Shown piece by piece: positions 1-10,715 of a stretch of DNA of 36,429 nt (positions within the stretch are counted from its first letter, which is position 1; each line of letters begins with the position of its first letter). The notes beneath the pieces were generated by a model. The model was not told the DNA's origin. It did not search any database and saw only the letters and a program-made list of their open reading frames with translations. The position numbers and the translations under genes are program-made. Source of the DNA: Batkoa obscura (Eukaryota); the NCBI GenBank assembly GCA_030770535.1, contig JASVEC010000175.1, positions 1 to 36,429 on the forward strand, in the 5' to 3' direction.

Positions 1-201
1 TTGAAAAACTATAAGTGATTTAGATTAATAAACTATCAGTTTATGAAAAATTAATACTCTTCACTTACTCAAACCCATAGAAAGGGGATCTCAGCAAAAA
101 AAGAAACCTATAAGTATATTTTAAAAAATCAAAAGTTACTAAAACATATACTTTTAATACTATCTATGGATTTTAAGAGGATTTTAAGAGGATTCACTAA
201 A

Positions 202-1302
202 CTATAAAAATCTATCGCTGTAATAAACACTGTACAATTTTAAAACATTTAGTTTATTTTTAATATCAGTTATAAGGCTATCACAAGCGTGAACTAATTT
301 AGTTTGAATCAAAGGTTCTCTTGGGGCATGACCTGAGGCCTCTACTATACAAAAATTACTATCAGGGATTTCTTTATACAACTCCCACGCAGAATTCAAT
401 GGACACACGCTATCGTACTACCATGAATGATATAAATGGGAATTCTACTATTCTTTAAAATAAATGCATTTTTAATAAGCTGATTTTTTTTCAAAAAACA
501 ATCATTTATGAAATAATGACATTCTATTTGTGCCAATGCCAAAGCATTCTTAGGGTTTAAAGCTTTATCTATACTTTCCTTCTTATATTCGAAACTAAAG
601 GTAGACATTTCCCATTTAGTCCAAGCTAAAGCATACTTTAAGTTTTCTTTATAATCTTTACTAGTAAGTCTTGAATGATAGGCTCTCAAAATGTCACTTC
701 TTTCATTTTTGGTATAACATCAATGAATTCATCGTATTCTTCTGGAAACAAAAAACAAGCTCCACGTTGATAAAACCAAACACTTTCCTCCTTTGTAGCT
801 AAAGATATCCCATGGACAATTAAACCAAGTACATTCTCAATGAATGTTTCGCAATAAAGGAGTGCTAAAGTAGAACCCCATGAGCCTCCAAAAATAGCCC
901 ATTTAGTAATACTCAAATACTTTCTTTAAATAAAAAGTTATTTAGTTAAACTGTGAATTGATTGTTACCTTAATTTTTCAATATCTTCAAGTAAGTACTT
1001 TGATTCGTTTTCTATTAGACTAAATAAAGGAAGAGATTTACCTGCTCCTCTTTGATCAAATAATATTATATGATAATGTTCTGGATTAAAATATCTTCTA
1101 TCTCTAGTCAGAAAACCGCCTCCAGGTCCGCTATTAATTTAATAAATGCAGATATTGCTACTATTTTAAATTACCCATGTAAAAACAATATTGGTATTCC
1201 ATTTTTGTTTCCACATTGCTCATAGTATACTTTATGTATATTCGAAACTTCTAAGAATCCTTTATTAAATGGTGTTATTGGTGGATAAAGTATATTATTC
1301 AT
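202..1302 (-). CDS. pip: Proline iminopeptidase (peptidase S33, alpha/beta hydrolase), interrupted by two 1-nt frameshifts (assembly error or recent pseudogene)
   Basis: ATG at 1302; introns 1174-1131 and 968-924. Spliced protein has LHGGPGGG, FDQRGAGKS, GGSWGSTLAL (catalytic Ser), HG(R)YD and ASGH. The frame breaks at the T5 run 706-710 and at 417/418. Confidence 0.9.
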
Positions 1303-1395
1303 CTTAACAATAAATGCATTAAAATAAAATGTTGGAATTGAAAAGAGTATATTTTTAAAAAGCTGATCAAAACGTTATATTCAAAGTTAACAAAT

Positions 1396-1489
1396 GGGAA
1401 TGTTTTTTTAGTTTCATCACTTTTTCATTTTTTAAGCACTGTTTGAGTGGAAAGATTGTTAATAAAATTCTTAAACAAAATATATCCTC
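1396..1489 (-). mobile_element. MITE copy (~98-bp family)
   Basis: Matches family consensus in reverse; AAAT duplicated at 1392-1395 and 1490-1493. Confidence 0.85.
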
Positions 1490-1582
1490 AAATAATATTT
1501 TTACTTGGTGTAATTTTATCTCTGCTTTATTTATATATAAGCATAAAATGAAGCTCCAGATTTATTTTTTATTACTTCAAAT

Positions 1583-1680
1583 GAGGATGCCCTTTTTTGG
1601 TTAAGAATTTTATTAACAATCTTTCCACTCAAACAGTGCTTAAAAAATGAAAAAGTGATGAAACTAAAAAAAATATCCTC
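1583..1680 (+). mobile_element. MITE copy
   Basis: GAGGAT...ATCCTC termini; flanks AAAT/AGAT; inverted relative to the 1396-1489 copy. Confidence 0.85.
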
Positions 1681-2204
1681 AGATATTGTTTATAAAAATG
1701 TATATTTTTTACAAAGCTATAACATAATATTCTAAGCTATATATTTAACAAAACACTGTTCTATACTATAAAAATTAATCGGCATTTTGGTTTTTCTCTT
1801 TATGTGGTATATATGTTAAACATCAATCATTTGAATAATTTAAATCTTTAATCCTAAACGATTAAATCAAGATGCACTAGTATAAAGACTATTAAATATA
1901 GTCTGAATAAATTTTTACATTAGACTGTCAGTACGAAACTTTGGTGATTTGTATTCATTGTTTCTGATGATCTTTTAATGTACTGTTTTATAAAAAAACA
2001 TTTATCTTAACATCTATTTCATATCTTAACTATTAATAAAAATGATATAATATAACCGACATGTGAATTATATGCACAATCTCGATCCATTTAATACAGT
2101 ATCACAGCCTTGGTTAATACACATGTGATATTTGTAAACTTAACTATCATACAACTAAAAGACTTACTCATGGAATTAAATCTCTCAAGAATATACTAAA
2201 ATAT

Positions 2205-2302
2205 GGGAGTGTTTTTTTTTGACTTTATTACTTTTTCCGTTTTTAAGTACTATTTGAATGGAAAATTTGCTGGTAAAATTCTTAAATAGAAAAATAATCC
2301 CC
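2205..2302 (-). mobile_element. MITE copy
   Basis: GGGAGTG...ATCCCC termini; ATAT on both sides. Confidence 0.85.
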
Positions 2303-2722
2303 ATATTTAGGATTGTCTATTTGGGAGAATTGATTTTCACAAAAAATCTGGTTTAATTTTGAATTTTTATAACCAAAGAATACACTTTATTAGTATGTAT
2401 TTTATACTAGCTAAATGTTGTATAATAAATAAGAGCATTATCATAAGGTTTTATAATACTGTTTTACAATCAATAAATTATTATATATTAATAGAAATTC
2501 TAATTAAAAGTTTAACATATTTGATTAATTTAATATCTCAAAAGGACAAATAATAGGAATGTTCTTATAAAATATAACAAATAAAGTAATTACAATCATA
2601 AGAATAACCCAGATATACAATTCCAATAAATCAAGTGATATTCAAATCAAAATTGGAACTCATATAAAAAGTATGATAAGAAATAGTTGAAGTTTTGTTT
2701 TAATTTTATATTTCAAATAATA

Positions 2723-3474
2723 ATGTTTAATAAACTAGCTGTCTTTGCTCTCTTGACTTTATCTACTGTTTATTCAGCCGATCCTATTAAATTTAAAGGT
2801 GGGGATGTTGCAGTTTCTCCTACTATCAAAGGTAAAGTAACCCTTTATGCATCTCCTAAAGAAAAAGACCAGCCAACTCACTCACAATTCCTATACGAAA
2901 AATTCGCTAAGGATCCCAAAAAAGTTTCTAATGCAGAGGTTGAATTATACAAAGGTGATACTAAAGTTGGTTCAATCGATTCTAATTTTGATACTATCTC
3001 ACAAAAATGTGGATGTTATTGGCTTAATGCAACCAGCTTAGTAGAAACATTCCCTAAGATGACTGATGGTGACTACCATATGGTTATGAAAGGTGATGGA
3101 TATACTGTAAAATCTGGCATCTTTTCCATTGTTTCTGGGAAAACTGGAGCTGACGATAAAGATACTGAGGAAAAATCAAGCAAAGGAAAAGACTCAGAAA
3201 AGGAAGATGGTAAGGACAAAAAAGAAAAAGATGATGATAATAAAACCAAAGAAAAGGAAACCGACAACCAAACGTCAACTGGATCAAGCTCTAAAAAGGA
3301 AACTAAAGTTACCGATTCATCCGAGAGTGATACCAACTCCACAAGTACTTTTAAGAAAGAGTCTTCATCTTCAAAATTAACCACCACTCAATCCCAACAT
3401 CAAATAGTTTAACATCCTCTCCTTCATTTGCTGCTATTGCATTATGCATCTTTTATTCTTATTTAAAATTATAA
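2723..3474 (+). CDS. Secreted, probably GPI-anchored protein: signal peptide, ~120-aa beta-rich domain, charged/Ser-Thr stalk; 1-nt frameshift near 3393
   Basis: Signal peptide MFNKLAVFALLTLSTVYSA. Domain is paralogous to 8116-8532. The ORF stops at 3412, but adding one C to CCC 3393-3395 gives ...SPTSNSLTSSPSFAAIALCIFYSYLKL* ending at 3474, a GPI-signal-like tail. Confidence 0.8.
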
Positions 3475-3612
3475 TACTATAATTTCTTAGAATGAACGAG
3501 AAGTCCATTTGTTATTATAAATAATAAAAATGTTAGCACAAATCATTGTATTTTACCATTAAATTTGATCTTGATGCAAATTCTTTAAATTATACTTTTA
3601 TTTAAATGAATT

Positions 3613-3711
3613 GGGGATGTATTTTTGTGTTTAAGAATTTTACCAACAAATTTTCCACTTAAATGGCGCTTAAAAAATAGAAAAAATAATGAAGTCAAAA
3701 AAGACACTCTC
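3613..3711 (+). mobile_element. MITE copy
   Basis: GGGGATG...CACTCTC termini; AATT on both sides. Confidence 0.85.
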
Positions 3712-3933
3712 AATTGTTAATTTTAAAATGAATCTTTTATCAAATAATAGTAGCTTCTTACTATTTTCTGCTATTTTGTTATGAAAATAACTCAATATAG
3801 TAAATCTAAAAACTTACCATAGAACCCAAAATACTCAAATTATGATTAATACAATAAATGATATTATTTATAAAAGATAAGTAAAAATATGAAGGTTATA
3901 ACAATTAAGTGCATGAACATTGGTTTAACGTAT

Positions 3934-4036
3934 GTGGATATATTTTTGTATTTAAGAGTTTTACCAATAAATTTTCTGCTCAAATAGTGCTTAAAAGATG
4001 GAAAAAAAAAAGTAATGAAACAAAAAAAATATCCTT
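3934..4036 (+). mobile_element. MITE copy, degenerate termini
   Basis: Internal consensus tttaagagttttaccaataaattttctgctcaaatagtgcttaaaagatggaaaa. Confidence 0.75.
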
Positions 4037-4408
4037 ACATAGACTTAGTTAAACTAATAATTGTATAATATCATTTATGCTTCTTGTTTAATTATAAAAA
4101 AAGCAAACACATTACTGGTATTTACTCGATTATGATAAAATGTCTCTATATGTTCAAAGTTAAGAGAATCCTTTTTAATAAAATGTGTTTTATTTTAATT
4201 AAGTTACATGCTGTAGATATTTGTAAATATATTATTTGTGATATTAAATATAGATAAGATATAAATGAATTTGTTTTTGTAATGTATACCACAGACCTTA
4301 GTTAATGGATGTTTTTTTTACGTTTTTCATTCTGAATTTTGATTGTTAATATATTATTTTATCATTTTGATAATAATATTGAAATTTAATGTATTTCTAT
4401 AAGAATAT

Positions 4409-4495
4409 GAGAATGCCTTTTTTAAAATATTTTCTTTCCTTTTAGGCAACTTTACTTAAAAAACGATACCCAAATCTTAACCAAAAAATAAACCT
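4409..4495 (-). mobile_element. Possible highly decayed MITE copy
   Basis: atat-GAGAATGCC start and atcttaaccaaaaaata near the end; interior similarity is weak. Confidence 0.35.
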
Positions 4496-4932
4496 ATGTA
4501 ATTTGATCTAACTTGCACTTCATTAAAATATGCCCATTTTTTTATTAATTATTAAACTTATAAAAAATATAACACTTGTATAAAATTAGTTCCAAATAAA
4601 ATAGCCATAATATAGTATATACTATAGATGATAGTATAATGTTGTTTTTCCTTAATAGAACTCTGAAAAGTAAAGAATAATACCACCACATTTATGTTTT
4701 ATTCCAAATCATGATTATGATCCATAATTTTTTTACAACAATTAAAACAATGTAGGTATTTGAATAAAAGAATATAAAACAAATTTACCTATTTAAAATA
4801 CTAAAAAACGAATTTTATAGCTTGGCATTAGCTTAAGCCATTATAACATCTTAAATATTGAAAAAAATTTAAGTTATAAATTAATGATAAAAGTTTCCTT
4901 GATAATATAGCGTTTAATTTGACAATTTTTCT

Positions 4933-5203
4933 TTAATGATGCTTTTCTTCATTTGAGTTAGGATCATGAGAGCTTCCGTGTCCATGGCCATGACCATGAC
5001 CATGGCCGTCCCATGGGTGACGAAGACCCTAATAAATTTAAGTTATAATAACAATTTTAAATAAAATTTCTTACAAATAGAACTGGGCCATCTTGCTTCA
5101 TTCTATAAAAGATCCAAAACCACATTGTTGCTCCCATAAACTTAGCAAGGTATAAATGGGGTCTGCTTTTAGGTCCGAGATTTAAGTTATTTCCTCCTGC
5201 CAT
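4933..5203 (-). CDS. NDUFB2: NADH:ubiquinone oxidoreductase subunit B2 (AGGG), 74 aa, 2 exons
   Basis: Exons 5203-5075 and 5028-4933: MAGG...GATMWFWIFYRMKQDGPVLFGLRHPWDGHGHGHGHG...; missing from the ORF track. Confidence 0.9.
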
Positions 5204-5387
5204 TTTCAATATAATTATTCTAAACTAGATAAAATACTTTTAGTTTAAATTTATTAAGACAAAGTAAATAAACTTTTGTCCTCGATTTTAATTGGTTATA
5301 TCGTGCAGTAAATTCATTTTAATTGAAAAGAAATATCAACTATGATTGGATAGAACAAAAATTTATTTATAAATTCAGTTTATAGAA

Positions 5388-5436
5388 TATATTGTATATT
5401 GTATATTGTATATTGTATATTGTATATTGTATATTG
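5388..5436. repeat. Microsatellite (TATATTG)7
   Basis: Seven perfect 7-nt units about 185 bp upstream of the NDUFB2 start. Confidence 0.95.
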
Positions 5437-5780
5437 TACATGTTGTCGAGATTAATACTATATCATTGTCAAAATGATTTTTATGTTTCTAAAGTCATAA
5501 CTATTTTTATGCATCTATATATAACTAACTTTAAAAATTATCCATCATTTAAAACTATAACCACCGTTTAGTGAGCAATTTGATTTAAAATTAGCATTCA
5601 GATGATAGTTTTTAAAAACACCTATTAGTCTAATAAACATATCCTAATAAATTCCAATAAAATCAGTTAATGAAATAGTAAATAACAGTCAAGTTTAAGA
5701 TTATGTATTACTTTTAAAAATTGAAATTTTCAACTATATTTTCTGAGTATATAGTATATTAAAATTGGCCTATATCATAT

Positions 5781-5878
5781 GGGGATGCACTTTTGTGTTT
5801 AAGAATTTTACTAACAAATTTTCCACTTAAATAGCGCTTAAAAAATGGAAAAATAACGAAGTCAAAAAAAACACTCTC
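5781..5878 (+). mobile_element. MITE copy
   Basis: GGGGATG...CACTCTC termini; ATAT on both sides. Confidence 0.85.
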
Positions 5879-6069
5879 ATATGGTTTGCTTTTAGTGAAT
5901 TTTAAAATAATATGATGTAATTAATGAGATTGAAATTTTGATTGAGACTAAATAAAAAGTTGCTTTTTTTAAAATTAGTTTTAAAATGACAATCAAACAC
6001 ATGTAAAGTAAAAATATAAGGTAGAAATCATAAAATATTTTATTTATTTTTATACAATCACTAAACATC

Positions 6070-8095
6070 ATGAAATTTGTAGTAGAAGGATTTAAATAAA
6101 GTTATCAATAAGCAAGAAATAGAATATGTCCCAAGTTCCAAGCCTAATATCAAATTAAATATAGGAGATGACCTTAGCTTTCCATCTTTAGGTACTAATT
6201 TATAGCAAAACCAATATAATGTACTAAAATTATAAATAGGATTATCATTTAATAATTTATTGCCTTACGAAAATATTTGGTATTATAATTTTAGCTTTTA
6301 TATCATTATATTATATTTAATTTTTATTTATAGTAATGATGAAAACAAGCAAGGATGTTCAATTATTAGAAATATCTGTGAAAGCAGTATGACTCAATTT
6401 AATTCAATAATTTTAGAATTAAATTACAAAAACATTAAACTTAGAAATTGTTTATTTAATAAATTAAATGAGTTAAAAAAGGTCCATCCCAATTATAAAA
6501 ACAATATGATAATAAATGAGATTAACTATTATGATATAAAAGAGTGTTTAAATTCGTTGAAGTTTCATAACCAAAATACATTTTTATTAATAGAATTTAA
6601 TAAAGTAAAATGGATTTGGAGTGATAAAGTAGATTTGCTATTCAAATTATTTAAATATTTATCAAAAAGGTATTCCGGATTAATATTTGGAGTAACAGGA
6701 TTAAGATTCGGTGATGTTACTAGGTTAAATAGAAAGATGAACTTAATAAATTTAAAATTATCATTTATTAAAGTTGATTTTAATATTTTAGATTTAAAGT
6801 TCGAAACTAATGGTAAGGATGGGTTACTTTATTTATAATTATACTTATTTTATTTCATAAGGTTTTTTGAACTACTGCGTTAAAAGTAATATCGTAGTCT
6901 TGGTGAATAATCCCATAAGTAAACAATTGAAAGATAGTATGACTAATGAGAAAGAGTGTGAATTAAAAGTCTATATAAATACTATTTCAAAGATGAGAAA
7001 TAAGCACTACAATTCAATTTTAATTAGTTATATCATGAGCAAAGGTATTATAATAGAAACGAAATAATATTATCATTAATAAAATTTTCAGGATTGATAC
7101 CATTAGCAGAACCAGGTACTAAAGATGATCTGGAATATTATTCACAAGCTTTAGGTTGGAAATTAACTAAAGGAGAGATGCAAAATTTGGAATTTCTGAG
7201 TATTAAACATAACTACTTAATGTCATTAAAAAGTTATAGTAAACATGAAACAGGAATTGAGATTCCTTACCAAAAAATAAAAACAATTGTAGATAATAAA
7301 ATAAATGAGTCTAAAACTATAAAAGAAGAACTGCCTTTAAGTCCATCTAATAGCTTGAAATATAACCAATCTAAAGTACCTCAAGATGATAAGGAGGAGC
7401 AAGAAAATATAAATGACAATGAAAAACAAAAAACAAATACTAGACCAAATAGTATATTAATATGCCCAAATGATAAATTAGTAAAGAAAAGAGTAAGCTT
7501 TGAATTGAAAGTTCATCCAAATGAATTGAAGCATGTAAAAAATTTAAAAGTAATGTTTAAAAATGAAAACAAAGATACCCAAGCTTTAAGTTTAGATGTA
7601 AATGATAAGAAAGATGAAGTATCAATTGATATAAAAGAAAGTTTGGGATCGGGAGACCCTTTAGAAACCAATAAAGAAAATGAAGATATCGAAATAATTA
7701 AGGGAAGTAAACCAAATGACGAAAAGGATCGAAGAGCAGAAACCCTGAATGAAAAAGATGAGGCGAAAATAAAAGAAGAATTTGTAATTAATAGAAATTC
7801 TAAAGAAGAAAATGACAATAGCAATGAAAATATTGAAGAAAAGGATGAAAAAAGTGAAAAGGAAGATAAAATGGCTGATGAAACTTTAAATGATTGTAAT
7901 ATAAAAGATGATGAGTTTATTAAAGATGAAATTAATAAAGATAATGAGGTAGTTTCTGAACCTGATGAGGAAAAGGTTGATAGTGAAACATCAAATAAAG
8001 ACAACAGTAATGAATTAGAAAATGAACCGACCATAAATGTACATGTAACTAGTTCCAATGACTCCAAATCGAGATGGCTTCCAAGTTTATGGTAG
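6070..8095 (+). CDS. Divergent aldo-keto-reductase-fold protein fused to a long Glu/Asp/Lys/Asn-rich tail; start uncertain
   Basis: Splicing 4 introns (beginning near 6192, 6280, 6813, 7046) gives KLNIGDDLSFPSLGL...FGVTG...VDFNIL...GFLNYC...NNPI...SKGLIPLAEPGTKDDLEYYSQALGWKLTKGEMQNL, which follows the AKR barrel pattern. The ATG at 6070 is not in frame, so the 5' end is unresolved. Confidence 0.6.
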
Positions 8096-8115
8096 ACTAG
8101 GGTGATAGCTAATTG

Positions 8116-8532
8116 CTAGTTAAAAACCAAATGAAATTTACCTGAATTTATACTATAATCTTTTCCTACCACACTAATAAAATAATCTCCTGTAGTTAAA
8201 TTATTAAACCTTTTAAATAAATCTTTACAGTCTAACCAATAACATGAACAAGTTTGAGATATTGTATCAAAATTCTCCTGTAACAAATATTTATTGTTTT
8301 TAGCATCGACTATATAAACACTTGCTAAACTAGCTAAAAATTTATCACTAATCAACTTATCATAAGGAAATTGGCAACCACTTTGTTGAGGTGAAACCGG
8401 TGTTTTGTATAAAGTAGTTCCTTGCTTACTTAAAGTACTATAAGCCAAATCACTGCCTTCAAATCTGATGGGATCAATTGATAAAATAAATTTTGTTATA
8501 AAAAATAAAGTAAAACTAAATTTTAATTTCAT
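8116..8532 (-). CDS. Small secreted protein, 138 aa, paralog of the 2723 gene without stalk or anchor
   Basis: Signal peptide, then DPIRFEGSDLAYS...QFPYDK...NFDTISQTCSCYWL...TTGDY...SGKFHLV, collinear with the 2723 protein. Confidence 0.85.
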   Translation of the reverse strand: MKLKFSFTLFFITKFILSIDPIRFEGSDLAYSTLSKQGTTLYKTPVSPQQSGCQFPYDKLISDKFLASLASVYIVDAKNNKYLLQENFDTISQTCSCYWLDCKDLFKRFNNLTTGDYFISVVGKDYSINSGKFHLVFN

Positions 8533-9308
8533 ATTAAATAACTAAATGAATAATAATTTTATCTTATTTATATTTTAAAAATATTTATTGTTAATATTTC
8601 CTACCATAAATTTAACTTTAAATAGAAATGCTTCATATTTTTTAACTGTCAAAGCTGATTATTCGAATTGCCTTAATTTTTAATATAAAATAAGGGATAT
8701 CAATTTATATAATAATAGGATATTAGGTAGAGTTGTATATTATGTTTATTATAATTTTCTAAGATATGATTATTACAAAATCAAATGAATTTAATTTTAA
8801 TTTATTAACTAAATTTGGAAGGCTAAAACTACAATTCAAAGTGTAATAATTTACTCAAAATTTTTGAACTTTTAATAGCTTATTATACATTAATTAAGAT
8901 ATTAGCTTAATATATATATAATAAAAATATTAACTATGTAAAAAATTGGTTTTATTATAACATTTAATATCTATTTGATAATAAATTATCAACTTATTGA
9001 TTTACAACTATTTTTTAAAATAGTAGATTAAAAGTAAGCCAAAAAGAACTTTGACAAATATGTATTGTACAACTAATTTTGGAATAACATCCTATGTTTT
9101 TTTATCATTTGGTATATTATAAGTACTAATAAATGTTTGAACTTTATCAACTATTGCTAAGGATTGTTACATTAATAAAATTATACAAAATTGATACAAA
9201 AATTGTAATGTTTTTTACTCTCATAATATACTTTTGAATTATCACTATCTCGGAATCAGAAAATGATTTTTATACTTTATCTAGAAGCTATATTATTTTT
9301 AATATATT

Positions 9309-9508
9309 GGGGATATATTTTTGTGTTTAAGAACTCTACTAACAAATTTCCCGCTTAAATAGCGCTTAAAAAAGGAAAAAGTAATGAAACCAAAAAAAAC
9401 ATCACCATATGGGAGTGTTTTTTTTGGCTTCATTACTTTTTACATCTTTTAACCACTCTTTGAGCAGAAGTTTATTAGCAAAACTCTTAAACACAAAAAT
9501 ACATCCCC
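9309..9508. mobile_element. Inverted MITE dimer (9309-9406 +, 9411-9508 -)
   Basis: Two full copies joined by a shared ATAT at 9407-9410. Confidence 0.85.
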
Positions 9509-10268
9509 ATATTAAGTTTAATTTAATTTTCCTTAAAATTCTAATATACATTATTATGCTTTATAATATTGTAGCTTTTTGAAAAGGCACCACTTACTTT
9601 TGCCATTATTTTTAATAACTAATATTTATTAGTTTATGCTATGTATATTAAAAATGTTTTTACTGCTAGTCTATTGTAAGCGTTATGAGTACTTTTAAAT
9701 ATAATCAGTTCTCAAGCCAAGTATTATTAATAAACTACAGGTTCAATTTTTCAAGGATTTATAAAAATTACTATATTAATATATTTCATTAATTTTTGTT
9801 CCTTTCTTTTTTTTAGTGCAATAAAATGTTAGGATATAGGCTAAAAAGTCGGTTAAAAAATTACAATTATGAAACGAAATAGGGATTTTAACCGGACATA
9901 ATTGCCTCTGGAAAAATAAAATCGATGCAGCAATTTTAGCGAATGAAATCATAAAAATTACAAGTAGATTTGTAATTGAAAGCGGGAGGATAATTTAATT
10001 CTAACTACAACTAATTTTATTTAGAAATTTTCCTCTTTATTTACTAGAATTAAAATAGTTTTAGGTCAATATTTGGTAAGCATTTTTTCTATTTGCATAA
10101 AAACTCGATGATCAAGAATTTCATAACTAAACTTTTTTTAATAACCTCATCACACACCAATAGTTTAGCTTAGTCTGTAATAATTTGCACATTTATATTT
10201 TTGCGAAATGGAAATTAAAAAGTATATAAACAAGAAAAGAAAGAATTTAACGTTATAATTAATTAAAA

Positions 10269-10715
10269 ATGTACTATTCAACAGAAGACAAAATCCAATT
10301 CTCTGTATGCTTTATCCTATTCCTTATCTGGTTCCTATGTTTGGTTCCAGTAAGAAAAGCCCAAAAGGATGCGGAAAGTGGTCATGACAATAACAATCCC
10401 CGTGAACAGTATAAAACTTTACCAGGAACTGCACAACGCGCTCTTTATGCCCATAATAACCTGAATGAGGGTTTTGTATGGTTTGGTTTTTCCATACTTG
10501 CAAATAAAGTTGGTGGTGGCAATGAAACTGCTGCAGCAGTGCTCGCTTTAATATACCTTTTTGCTAGGTTAGTTTACGTTCCAGCCTATATATTTGATAA
10601 AGCATCGATTCGTTCTGCTGCTTTTTTAATTGGTTTTCTAGCCAACTTCGGGCTTTTTATTGTCCCATTCGCCTCAAGCTCAATTTATTCCTATAATACC
10701 CCTCTTAATCTATAA
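10269..10715 (+). CDS. MAPEG-family membrane protein, intronless
   Basis: Four hydrophobic segments; NNNPR, QRALYAHNNLNE, ARLVY and RS motifs. Confidence 0.8.
   Translation: MYYSTEDKIQFSVCFILFLIWFLCLVPVRKAQKDAESGHDNNNPREQYKTLPGTAQRALYAHNNLNEGFVWFGFSILANKVGGGNETAAAVLALIYLFARLVYVPAYIFDKASIRSAAFLIGFLANFGLFIVPFASSSIYSYNTPLNL

Noticed and set aside
168..194. Short tandem repeat (GGATTTTAAGA)x2.4
   Set aside because: Simple slippage duplication; not telomeric or otherwise informative.
2359..2553. Short AT-rich ORFs (also 14570, 15512, 29579, 34866)
   Set aside because: Chance ORFs in AT-rich DNA, MITEs or other frames of real genes.
4975..5004. (GH)n repeat as a metal-binding peptide
   Set aside because: It is the His-rich tail of NDUFB2, common in fungal and plant orthologs.
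7513..8067. 184-aa Ser/Phe/Leu-rich minus-strand ORF (likewise 3073-3387)
   Set aside because: Antisense shadow of Glu/Lys/Asp-rich coding sequence.
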